DNA of 64,000 nt from Candidatus Scatosoma sp. (GTDB taxonomy: Bacteria; Bacillota; Clostridia; Christensenellales; Borkfalkiaceae): the NCBI GenBank assembly GCA_045660265.1, contig JAZRDM010000017.1, positions 7,221 through 71,220 of the forward strand, given 5' to 3'. Positions 8,601 to 16,717 of the stretch are shown in pieces; position 1 is the stretch's first letter, and every line of letters begins with the position of its first letter. The translations under genes were made by a program, and so were the position numbers. Below the pieces are notes generated by a model. It worked only from the letters and a program-made list of their open reading frames with translations, was not told the origin of the DNA and did no database searches.

Positions 8601-11600
8601 CGCAGCTCCGGTTGTTACGGAAACTAAAACTGTAACGTATAAGGATAAGAACCAAGCAACTCAATCCTTTACTTATGACGTCTATGGATTTGAGTCTGGC
8701 GCGGATACTTCCGAAGTACAAACGTACGGTGCGGAATTTGCGCAATGGGCTAGATATTGGAATATTAGAAATTCCGGTGAAGGCGATAGCAAACGCATCC
8801 ATTTGTTTTATTCGTATGTTGACTATACGGAAAATAAGGAAAATGGTAAATGGATTAACGACGAACAATCTGGCTTTATCCCTGCAATTGAAGCGCTTGT
8901 AGGAAAGAATGATACGATTCAAGTAAAACACGTAAACGAGATTGTTAGTGTTGAAAAGGCAAGCGGTGTTGTTTCCGTTGCTGCTTTGGCAAACGGTACG
9001 TATAACGTATCTGGTGCAATCGAGGCTAATAACGTAACGGTTAATAACGGTAGCGTTACGCTGAACATGAGCAATCTTACGGCAGGTAACACGTACGCGC
9101 TTACGTTTACTAACACGACTACGGGTGCAGTTATTTCTTATCCTAACGTAGTTGTAGTAACGGGTGCGCTTTCTGCAACGGCGGGTGTGCCTGCTGGGGA
9201 TGGTTACTATTTCGTAACTAGAGATTATGTAGTTGAAGAAGGCACGACGGAAACGTGGCTTTCGCATAACGTATTTGCAAAGGGCAGTTATACGGTAAGT
9301 ATTAACGGCGGTTTGCCTATTGCAACGACCATTCACGCGGCTGGTAAATTGAATGTTCAATTTAATGCGCCTGCGGTAATGGGTGAAAAATATCTTGTAG
9401 AAGTAAGCAACGGCACACAAACGTACGCGTTTGCTGTATACGGTGCGAAGTATATTAGAACGGCTGAAGAATTGAAGGCACTCGGCGTTGGCGGTAACAG
9501 AAACAATACGGAAAATATTTACGGTTACTACGCGCTCGGAAACGATATTACGTTCGAACATGATGCTGAATATTCCGACTTAGTAGCGGCAGGTTATCCG
9601 GCTAACAGTACTTACGCGTTCTACGGTACGTTCGACGGTAATGGCTACTCTATTAACAATATGCGTGTTTCGGACGGCGGTATCTTCGGTATCATGAGTG
9701 GTACTGTGAAGAACGTTACCTTGAAAGACGTACATATTTGTGGCATTATTCCTCATAAAACAGAAAACAAAGTTGTTATTAAGCAATATACCAATCAACA
9801 AGGCGCTTATACGGCGATTTTTGCGCACAAGGCTCCTGGTGGTACGTTTGAAAATATCAATATTAGCATTGCTTCGTCTCCTAATACATATACTTGGCAA
9901 AGAGACGGTTTGTTTGTCGTTTCCGGTTCTGATAACTCCGCAGCGACGTTCCGTAATATTACGGTTAGCGCAGAAGGCGTAAAATTAAAGACGCTTTTGG
10001 GTATTTCGCATAACGAAAATAACGTATATCAAAACGTTTTAATTAAATCGGCTGGTTATGTGGGTATTGGTTATACGGGCGACTCTTACACTTCAACCGG
10101 TGAAAACGTTGCTGTACGTATGAACGAATTCCCCGCAGGCGTAAGGTATATTGAAGTTACGGAAAGATTCGGCATTACGAACACGGAAGAAACGGTTGGT
10201 ATTGGCGAAGAGCTTACCATCACGACGGATAAAGCAAACCTTAGCTATACTTATAGCTTAGCAAAAGCTGTAAACGGCGTATCCGTTGACGAAAACGGTG
10301 TTGTAACCGTAGCTGACAACGCGAAAGTCGGCGCAACGTTCACGGTTGTAGTATCGGGTAGCAACTATCAAACGGAAGAAATTACGTTTACCGTTCGAAA
10401 AGCTAAAAAGACGTTAAGCGCAGTGGTAGAAATCGAACAAATCAATGGTTCGTTCACCATTCCTTCGGTAGAAGGCGAAATCCTTAAGGTAACGGTTGGC
10501 GATAAAGAATTTAGCGACATCAGCGGTAACACGATTGAGTTTGGCGAAAAAGATTTCGTTAAACAAGAAACGTTAGGTAAAGGCAAGACGTATACCATTG
10601 AAACGTTAACGACGATTTACACGGGTACGGCGAACATTTACACCATGATTATCGATAACAAGGCTGAACTCGATCAATGGCAAGCAGTGGCATCTGATAA
10701 CGCGGTAGCTGCGGGCGACGTTCTTGAAATTCAAAAGAAAGCGCTTTATAACGGTTACTTTATCCTTGGCGCAGACATTGAATATAATGCAACGTGGGGC
10801 GGTTATGGTATCGCTTGGGGCGCATTTAACAATAAAGCACTTTGGAAAGAAGAACATCAATCTAAATACAGCACCACTCATGCGACGGTACTTGCAGCAT
10901 TCAATGCAGGTTGGTTTATCGAAGGCGCAATCTACGAAGATTGGGGCACGGGTGTATTAGGCGGCTTCAAGGGCGTATTCGACGGTGATGGCCACTACAT
11001 TGACGGCATGGGAATGAGCGGTAATTTCGCTGGCTTCGTTGTAACGCTTGGCGGCGGTACGATTAAGAACGTTGCGTTTACGAATGCAAAAGTTCTTAGC
11101 TCGAATTCCGGCTTTGTTACCAATAGAGGTCCTGGTATCATTGAAAACGTTTACGTACAAGTTGTTGAAATGGTAAACGGTAGTGATGCAAACAATCCTA
11201 CCTCTATCATCAGCAGAGGTCCTGGTAAAACGATTAGCAATATCATTGTAGACGTATCTGCAATCGACTTTGCAAATCTTGAATATGCATACGTTGTAAG
11301 CTTAGCTACGGGTACTTCGGATGGAGTATACGTACTTGGTGCAGGCGATGCTGTTTACAATAGAACGCCTAACGGTAATACTCCTAATAACTTCAACGCA
11401 ACGGATAAGAAAGCATCTGTATTCTATGAATTGAATGGTAACTCTGGCAGTGCTACCGACTACGACTTAGTAGGCAGCTTCGCAACGAGTGCCGACTTGC
11501 TTGCAGATGCAACGCACGGCGCGAAGGTAAGAGCATGGAACGACAATGGATTCTGGGTAGTTGATACAACGTATGGTATTGTAATTCCTGAAGTTCTTTA

Positions 11601-14600
11601 CGAAGATGCTTTGGAAGATTACAAGACGATTGTATTGAATGAAACGATTACCATTGAAAAGGTAAGCGGTACGTTCAATCTTCCTAACGAAGTTGAAGGC
11701 ACGGTTACGAAGGTTGTTGTTGGCAATGAAGAATTTACGGATATCAACGGCAAGACGGTTACCATTGGCGAAAATGCTTTGGTTGCACAAGAAAGCCTTG
11801 GTAAAAACGTATTAGTAACAATTGAGGCAGATGGTAAGAATTATGCATGCTATGCAAACGTTTATACCATGATTATCGATAACAAGGCTGAGCTTAAGAG
11901 CTGGCAAGCAGTAGCTGCAGACAACTCTGTAAAAGCAGGTCTTTGTGTAGAAGAACAAAAGCAAGCGGTACTTTCCGGTTACTTTGTACTCGGCGCAAAT
12001 ATCGAATATAACGATACTTGGACGCCTATTCTTCCTTTTGCAGGTGTAACGCCTAGTATTTATACTGTACTTTCCGAGGCTACGGCAAATAATTTGAAGA
12101 CGCAATATGCAAACGACGAAGTTGCATTGTCGAAGATTATTCAAGAAGGTTGGGGTACTGGCGAGAAAGCGGGCTTCAAGGGCGTATTTGATGGTGATGG
12201 ACACTACATCAACGGCCTTTGGGTTGGCGAAGGCTACTCTGGTTTCGTAATCACGCTTGGTGGCGGTACGATTAAGAACGTAGCATTTACAAACGCAACG
12301 GTTGGTTCTACGTCCTCGGTTGTAGCAAACCGTGGCCCTGGTTTAATCGAAAACGTTTACGTTTCCGTTGTAGAAATGGCTAACGGTAGCGATAAGGATA
12401 ATCCTACTTCTGTTGTAACGAGAGGTCAATATAAGACGCTTAGAAACATTGTTGTAGACGTATCTGCAATTGACTTTGCAAATCTCGAATATGCAATCGC
12501 TGTAAACTTGGTACAAGGTATTTCTGAAAACGTATACGTGCTTGGCGCAGGGGATGCTATTTACAATAGAACGCCTAACGGCAGTACGCCTAACAATTTC
12601 AGCGCAACGGACAAGAAAGCATCTGTATTCTACGAATTGAATGCTAACTCTGGCAGTGCTACCGACTACGACTTAGTAGGCAGCTTTGCAACGGCAGCAG
12701 ATCTCCTTGCAGACGCAACGCACGGCGCTATCGTTAAGGCATGGGCTGGCGATTTCTGGACGATTGACCAAGTAAATGGCAAGGTTATTCCTACCGAAGT
12801 GCTTGAAAATAATCCTGTTGCTCTGAAGAAACCTGCAATTCTTCCTATGCCTACCGGTCAAGCAAACGTATCCGTATACGAAGGAAATGTAGCATCGCTT
12901 GGTTTCCCTGCTGGTACGTACGTATCTGAAGTTGCAATTTCGGATCTTTGGAACAGCAGAGCTAAGGTTACGACGGATGATGTAAATGCTGATTATATCA
13001 GTATTGACTTTATGCTTGCACAAGGCTCTACGATAAAATCGTTCACAATCTGGCCTGGTACGACTGGTAGTATTGCTATTAATGCTAACGGTGTTTCTTT
13101 CAATGAAAACGCGTTAGAAAGAACGATTGTTATTTTGGACTCCGAAGGCAACAACGCAACCAAGGGTCCTTGGAATGCAGGCGAAATTTATACGTTGAAA
13201 TATTACTTCATTGGCGAAGAAGCTTCGAAGAAATATTTTGCAATCTCTTCGGATAACGTAAATAACGTAATTTACTTTGCAAATGGTAAGAGCGGTAGCG
13301 TTACCGAATTGGATGAAACGATTGAAATTATTGCTACTGATGCAAGCTTCGAATTACCTGCAGGTATTGTAGGCGAAGTTACGGGCGTTACGCTTGATGG
13401 TGTAAACATCTTCAAGGGTATGAACGGTTCTAGCGTTCTTTTGGATGCGGAAGCGCTTGCGGCTAACGTGGCATCCCATGGCGTAGGTAAGGCGTTAAGT
13501 ATCGTTACGACGTCTGGCGAATATAACGCACAAGCAGACGTTATCACGAAAGTGATTAAGACGGCTGACGACTTGAAGGCACTCGGCGTAGGCGGTAACA
13601 GAAGCGGCGTAGAACAGGTTTATGGCTACTACGTACTTGGAAATAATATTACGTTTAACCACGCTGATGACTATTCCGACTTAGTAACTGCAGGTTATCC
13701 GAAGAATAATGATCACGCGTTCCGCGGTACGTTCGACGGTAGAGGCTATACGCTTGATAACATGAGAGTTTCGGACGGCGGTATCTTCGGTATTATGCGC
13801 GGTACGGTTAAGAACGTTAACTTGACCAACGTGCATATGATTGATAATCCTCCCGCAGGTGTATCCATCCAAAATGGCGGCTATATTGCTATCTTGGCAT
13901 ATGCAGCACCTAACGGTACGTTTGAAAATATCAATATTAGCATCGCATCCTCGCCTAGCACATATAGCTGGAAGAGATATGGCTTGCTTGTTAACTCTGG
14001 TTCGAGCGGCGCAGCTACCTTCCGTAATATCACGGTTAGCGCAGAAGGGATGAAGTTAAAGTCGCTTTTGGGTATTTCCCATAATGCAAACAACGTATAC
14101 GAAAACGTGGTAATTAAAGCCGCTGATTACGTGGCGATTGGTTACACGGGCGACCCCTACACTACAAGCGGTGAAAACGTTGCTTTACGTATGAACGAAT
14201 TCCCCGCAGGCGTAACGTTTGTTAAGGTTGCTTACGTAAAGGATGCAAGCGGCGCGATTATTCCTTTCTATGAAGGCGACGTAACGGATCTTGGCTTTGA
14301 AGCAGGTACGAAGGTTCAATACGTAGTACAAGACAACCGTACGAATATGTGGAATCCTGGTACCGAACTTGGCTTGAGTATGGAAAAGCAAGGTGTTATG
14401 ATTACTAAGGGTGCAGATGAAGATTACGCAAGCGTTCTGTTTGCTGTTTCTAGAGAATTCACCGGCACGTACGCATTCTTCACTTGGTGGTTTGATGGCT
14501 TAACCGCAGCTGACAACCAAGACGGCGGCGGTTATATTAGAACAGACGGTGAGTATTATGCTTCTGGTACAACGCTTCCTGGCGCTAAAGCAGTAGCATA

Positions 14601-16233
14601 TGACATGAACGGTAATAAGGTAACGAGCTTTGCTGCAAATACCGTTTACGAATTGAGATGGTATGGCGAAGGCGCAATGATGTTTAAAGTAGCTTGCTGT
14701 GAACAAAACGGCCAATCTATTACGACGTATTTTGCAAAGCCTTCTAGCGGAAGCATTGAAACGATTGAGCTTGACGATCCTGTAACGATTGAAGTTGAAA
14801 ATGGCAGCTTCGCAATTCCTTCGGGAGTTGCGGGCGCCGTTAACAGCGTTACGATTGACGGGGTAGAAATTTTTGCAAGCGTATCGAACGGTGAAATTAT
14901 CTTCGATAAAGGCGCAATGTCTACCGGCGCAGGTAAAGAACTTATTATCAAGACGCACATTGCGGAATACGTAGTAAGCGCAGACGTTGTTACGAAGATT
15001 ATTAAGACGGCTGCAGAATTGCAAGCACTCGGCGTAGGTGGTAGAACTGCCGACGGAAATGGTAATACGGATGAAGCAGGTCATGACGTATACGGTTATT
15101 ACGTGCTTGATGGTAATATTGATGGTAGTGGTTTGTACTTCGCGGCTGGTATCTCCGGTCAACAATCTTGGTTCCAAGGTACGTTTGACGGCAGAGGTTA
15201 TACGGTTGCTAACGTAATCGTATCCGAAGGCGGTATCTTCGGCGGTATGAAGAATGCAACGGTTAAAAACGTAAACTTCACAAACGTTAAATATCACGAT
15301 AACACCAATGGTGCAGGTCAAGGCTATAACGACAACAAGCAATGGGGTCAATACTTCGGCTTGCTTGGCCAATGGGCAAATAATATCAACGTTGAAAATA
15401 TTACCGTACAAATTTCCGAACTTAATAACTACATGGCAGTTGGTTTGCTTGTCTACAGTGGTTTTACGGGCACTACAAACAACTTCAAAAATATCCACGT
15501 AGATGCTTCTGGCTTAACCTTCTTTAACGTGTTAGAATTGAATTATGGAACAGCTACCATGAACTATGAAAACGTTACCATTAAAGCAGCTGGATATAGT
15601 ACGATTGCGTTGAAGGGTGGTTCTAAAGGTTCTGAAGCAATTACCGAATGGCCTGCAGGCGTAACGTATATCCAATCTACCCACTCTGAATATGCGTATT
15701 ACTTTAAGTCTGGCGCAAATGCAAATGGTGAAGTAGTACCTTTCTATATGGGAGACGTAACGACGCTTGGCTTTGAAGCAGGTACGAAGGTTCAATACGT
15801 AGTACAAGACAACCGTACGGGTCTGTGGTCGGCTGGTACTGAACTTGGCTTGACGATGGAAAAGCAAGGTATCAGAATTACGAAAGAGGCTAACGAAGAC
15901 TACGCAAGTATTTATTTCTCCCTTTCGAGAGAATTTACTGGCGCGAATGCGTTTGCGACTTGGTGGTTTGATGAAGAGGGTACTAATAGATCTCTTGCTG
16001 GTTATTTGAAGACAGATGGCACATATACGACCGCCAGCACTGGCCCCACAAACTTCAAGGTTGTTGCATACGACATGGAAGGTAACCAAGTAACGAGCTT
16101 TGCTAAAAATACCGTTTATGAAATGAGATGGTATGGCGAAGGCGCAATAACGTTTAAAGTAGGTTGCTGTGAAATAAACGGCCAATCTATTACGACATAC
16201 TTTGCAAACGCAATGCACGGTAACGACGCGTAA
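5653..16233 (+). CDS. Giant secreted/surface repeat protein (~3,526 aa)
   Basis: One uninterrupted ORF; the track starts it at TTG 5638, but ATG 5653 has GGGAG 7 nt upstream. Read by eye: N-terminal hydrophobic signal-anchor MKKNFKNLFVSLALCASLCCGIVGVAVSG; Big_2-like segment SAIISVDGETLTAKSAGETKITVRGT; DUF4838/glycoside-hydrolase-like region with the motif FSQMDHNYWCQCSACK; repeated F.G.FDG.GY.I beta-helix-like modules; Ig-like spacers; putative binding modules. No LPXTG, S-layer or choline-binding anchor seen at the C-terminus. Confidence 0.85.
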   Translation: MKKNFKNLFVSLALCASLCCGIVGVAVSGIFNAKQSVAEAYETLDGFTIEETASIRRNMPSGIRFTTNIESVSATVAALNDVEFGTLVLPADLLGSEELTHATEKVVDIPTTKWQNEEKTEYTSVLGGAGGANLSSSYYNRPIAARSYITGTDSNGTKITYYTENMAVRSLGYVAYMANLDGDTSELITKIVDETKVEITFNPEGQISYYNNDNTGTAVVTNALPKETSSMASIKIGGVTVPVSELEKRNATLSYESENSAIISVDGETLTAKSAGETKITVRGTFNGKELKAVTQNVSTDGYAPVSSQYKILISAKTAAHNMGYRDGETSYLPPQTEAASEAYFTYASEHTAAYLLQSIIEEATGVRLEVVAEGSAKYNAADKFISVGKTQLAKAKANELGLTMGSFKDANLASEYTVSALTYVEDGETKTFEKDTASKVQTVGDNVFLLGVTGQGTLYGAQRFLREMAGYGYYMEDSYVVDEKVDFVLPSKTLVYIPDIEYNVTQGEANSMHVNYGLQSYTQNIIPVGTTDEQDASGNYYKGINHNSTLVVDDKTHIALSQIDQGLNGGYNYYTENIKAKANHWMAWYATKSGSLSVGTYTEWVLWAIPAKPYTGDATNFILAELCYTAHGDIFSDYTRAGLVERVADEMYAKMQKFPTLDRLGFSQMDHNYWCQCSACKNEGNPSDNLLHFLLDVAANLKGKLEDAGDARKDTFKISTLFYHATSPAPKSTANYATELTNYMKHIEPWFAETKVDHVDPFNYDKPGTTSGWNEKVYEEFKKWANIANQYGADMLLWEYYVNTTNFFQPYDTVDAIRVNYGLFADAGIDYIFNQMMEGKNTWKRLKQFLISQLAWNARPTNDVWNGWIDEYFVGAYGDAAEEMRDYYDSMKVWSDAHKDLFRADNNYSTNTTGGTAATNASLTYDAVSSENFPKATLETWINLCNDALEALDPADPNYNTYYSNIMLEKLSPMYLIMYIYDAAPVVTETKTVTYKDKNQATQSFTYDVYGFESGADTSEVQTYGAEFAQWARYWNIRNSGEGDSKRIHLFYSYVDYTENKENGKWINDEQSGFIPAIEALVGKNDTIQVKHVNEIVSVEKASGVVSVAALANGTYNVSGAIEANNVTVNNGSVTLNMSNLTAGNTYALTFTNTTTGAVISYPNVVVVTGALSATAGVPAGDGYYFVTRDYVVEEGTTETWLSHNVFAKGSYTVSINGGLPIATTIHAAGKLNVQFNAPAVMGEKYLVEVSNGTQTYAFAVYGAKYIRTAEELKALGVGGNRNNTENIYGYYALGNDITFEHDAEYSDLVAAGYPANSTYAFYGTFDGNGYSINNMRVSDGGIFGIMSGTVKNVTLKDVHICGIIPHKTENKVVIKQYTNQQGAYTAIFAHKAPGGTFENINISIASSPNTYTWQRDGLFVVSGSDNSAATFRNITVSAEGVKLKTLLGISHNENNVYQNVLIKSAGYVGIGYTGDSYTSTGENVAVRMNEFPAGVRYIEVTERFGITNTEETVGIGEELTITTDKANLSYTYSLAKAVNGVSVDENGVVTVADNAKVGATFTVVVSGSNYQTEEITFTVRKAKKTLSAVVEIEQINGSFTIPSVEGEILKVTVGDKEFSDISGNTIEFGEKDFVKQETLGKGKTYTIETLTTIYTGTANIYTMIIDNKAELDQWQAVASDNAVAAGDVLEIQKKALYNGYFILGADIEYNATWGGYGIAWGAFNNKALWKEEHQSKYSTTHATVLAAFNAGWFIEGAIYEDWGTGVLGGFKGVFDGDGHYIDGMGMSGNFAGFVVTLGGGTIKNVAFTNAKVLSSNSGFVTNRGPGIIENVYVQVVEMVNGSDANNPTSIISRGPGKTISNIIVDVSAIDFANLEYAYVVSLATGTSDGVYVLGAGDAVYNRTPNGNTPNNFNATDKKASVFYELNGNSGSATDYDLVGSFATSADLLADATHGAKVRAWNDNGFWVVDTTYGIVIPEVLYEDALEDYKTIVLNETITIEKVSGTFNLPNEVEGTVTKVVVGNEEFTDINGKTVTIGENALVAQESLGKNVLVTIEADGKNYACYANVYTMIIDNKAELKSWQAVAADNSVKAGLCVEEQKQAVLSGYFVLGANIEYNDTWTPILPFAGVTPSIYTVLSEATANNLKTQYANDEVALSKIIQEGWGTGEKAGFKGVFDGDGHYINGLWVGEGYSGFVITLGGGTIKNVAFTNATVGSTSSVVANRGPGLIENVYVSVVEMANGSDKDNPTSVVTRGQYKTLRNIVVDVSAIDFANLEYAIAVNLVQGISENVYVLGAGDAIYNRTPNGSTPNNFSATDKKASVFYELNANSGSATDYDLVGSFATAADLLADATHGAIVKAWAGDFWTIDQVNGKVIPTEVLENNPVALKKPAILPMPTGQANVSVYEGNVASLGFPAGTYVSEVAISDLWNSRAKVTTDDVNADYISIDFMLAQGSTIKSFTIWPGTTGSIAINANGVSFNENALERTIVILDSEGNNATKGPWNAGEIYTLKYYFIGEEASKKYFAISSDNVNNVIYFANGKSGSVTELDETIEIIATDASFELPAGIVGEVTGVTLDGVNIFKGMNGSSVLLDAEALAANVASHGVGKALSIVTTSGEYNAQADVITKVIKTADDLKALGVGGNRSGVEQVYGYYVLGNNITFNHADDYSDLVTAGYPKNNDHAFRGTFDGRGYTLDNMRVSDGGIFGIMRGTVKNVNLTNVHMIDNPPAGVSIQNGGYIAILAYAAPNGTFENINISIASSPSTYSWKRYGLLVNSGSSGAATFRNITVSAEGMKLKSLLGISHNANNVYENVVIKAADYVAIGYTGDPYTTSGENVALRMNEFPAGVTFVKVAYVKDASGAIIPFYEGDVTDLGFEAGTKVQYVVQDNRTNMWNPGTELGLSMEKQGVMITKGADEDYASVLFAVSREFTGTYAFFTWWFDGLTAADNQDGGGYIRTDGEYYASGTTLPGAKAVAYDMNGNKVTSFAANTVYELRWYGEGAMMFKVACCEQNGQSITTYFAKPSSGSIETIELDDPVTIEVENGSFAIPSGVAGAVNSVTIDGVEIFASVSNGEIIFDKGAMSTGAGKELIIKTHIAEYVVSADVVTKIIKTAAELQALGVGGRTADGNGNTDEAGHDVYGYYVLDGNIDGSGLYFAAGISGQQSWFQGTFDGRGYTVANVIVSEGGIFGGMKNATVKNVNFTNVKYHDNTNGAGQGYNDNKQWGQYFGLLGQWANNINVENITVQISELNNYMAVGLLVYSGFTGTTNNFKNIHVDASGLTFFNVLELNYGTATMNYENVTIKAAGYSTIALKGGSKGSEAITEWPAGVTYIQSTHSEYAYYFKSGANANGEVVPFYMGDVTTLGFEAGTKVQYVVQDNRTGLWSAGTELGLTMEKQGIRITKEANEDYASIYFSLSREFTGANAFATWWFDEEGTNRSLAGYLKTDGTYTTASTGPTNFKVVAYDMEGNQVTSFAKNTVYEMRWYGEGAITFKVGCCEINGQSITTYFANAMHGNDA
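9454..10160 (+). repeat. Beta-helix-like module A, copy 1 (other copies at ~13552-14230 and ~15001-15680)
   Basis: I(R/K)TA.(E/D)L.ALGVGG...YGYY.LG..I...FxGTFDG.GY...N..VS.GGIFG recurs three times at protein level. Confidence 0.8.
10420..12830 (+). repeat. In-frame tandem duplication, 2 x ~1.2 kb (Ig-like plus module B)
   Basis: Units ~10420-11640 and ~11641-12830 align throughout, for example IYTMIIDNKAEL...GFKGVFDGDGHYI...GGGTIKNVAFTNA...YDLVGSFAT. The ~90-nt stretches at 11399-11490 and 12604-12694 differ at only a few positions. Confidence 0.85.
13291..16230 (+). repeat. In-frame tandem duplication, 2 x ~1.47 kb (Ig-like, module A and C-terminal module C)
   Basis: Units ~13291-14755 and ~14756-16230. 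Identical 54-nt run at 14290-14343 and 15766-15819. Protein-level match from GDVT.LGFEAGTKVQYVVQDNRT to W.FD, and from RWYGEGA..FKV.CCE.NGQSITTYFA onward. Confidence 0.9.
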
Positions 16234-16272
16234 AAGCAAACTTACAATCGAATAAAATCGATTAGACTTAAG

Positions 16273-16303
16273 AAAGGTCGGGCAGAAACGCCCGACCTTT
16301 TTA
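16273..16303 (+). terminator. Rho-independent terminator after the giant gene
   Basis: AAAGGTCGGGC-AGAAAC-GCCCGACCTTT followed by TT. Confidence 0.75.
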
Positions 16304-16358
16304 CTGTAATTACAAAGAAGAATTTTACAAAAATTTACAAAATATCGTCATAAAACAG

Positions 16359-16387
16359 TTGACAAAGACATACGAATACTATATAAT
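16359..16387 (+). promoter_or_regulatory. Consensus promoter of the feo operon (TTGACA-17-TATAAT)
   Basis: TTGACA at 16359-16364 and TATAAT at 16382-16387. Confidence 0.7.
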
Positions 16388-16396
16388 AATTTTGTA

Positions 16397-16412
16397 GTTA
16401 GCAGTGGCTAAC
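16397..16412. promoter_or_regulatory. Inverted repeat GTTAG-N6-CTAAC between the promoter and the feoA RBS (candidate operator or 5'-UTR hairpin)
   Basis: GTTAGCAGTGGCTAAC. A second copy lies at 16683-16698 before feoB. Confidence 0.45.
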
Positions 16413-16433
16413 AAGAAGCATGCGGAGGAAAGT

Positions 16434-16652
16434 ATGGATTTAAGCGTTGTCGAACTCGGCAAAGAATACATAATTAAAGCCGTCCAGACGGATGATGACG
16501 AATTAAACGCTTTTTTGTTTTCGCTCGGTTGTTACAGCGGTGAAAAAATTACCGTGGTTTCCCGTTTGTCAAAAAGCTGCGTCGTTGCCATCAAGGACGC
16601 TAGATATAATATCGATAAGGACTTGGCAAAATCGATTATCGTTTTTGCGTAA
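16434..16652 (+). CDS. feoA: Ferrous iron transport protein A (FeoA family)
   Basis: GGAGG then ATG at 16434 (the track starts at GTG 16404). Small SH3-like FeoA sequence ...GCYSGEKITVVSRLSKSCVVAIKDARYNIDKDLAKSI. Directly upstream of feoB. Confidence 0.8.
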   Translation: MDLSVVELGKEYIIKAVQTDDDELNAFLFSLGCYSGEKITVVSRLSKSCVVAIKDARYNIDKDLAKSIIVFA

Positions 16653-16682
16653 AAAATAGCGGATTATTTTTTTGAGATTTTG

Positions 16683-16698
16683 TTAGCATTGACTAACA
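16683..16698. promoter_or_regulatory. Second GTTAG-N6-CTAAC inverted repeat, just upstream of the feoB RBS
   Basis: GTTAGCATTGACTAAC. Same arms and spacing as 16397-16412. Confidence 0.45.
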
Positions 16699-16717
16699 GA
16701 AAGGAGAGTACATATTT

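Noticed and set aside
10420-16230. Regularly spaced repeats that might superficially suggest an array (CRISPR-like).
   Set aside because: The units are 0.45-1.5 kb, in frame, coding, and divergent at third codon positions. There is no short repeat/spacer organisation and no cas genes in the window.
6388-16239. Many minus-strand ORFs inside the giant gene, for example 8509-9561 (350 aa), 14500-15498 (332 aa) and 15532-16239 (235 aa).
   Set aside because: They are antisense to a 10.6-kb uninterrupted ORF with clear domain and repeat structure. Their products are Arg/Ile/Asn/Cys-rich low-complexity strings typical of shadow frames, with no RBS.
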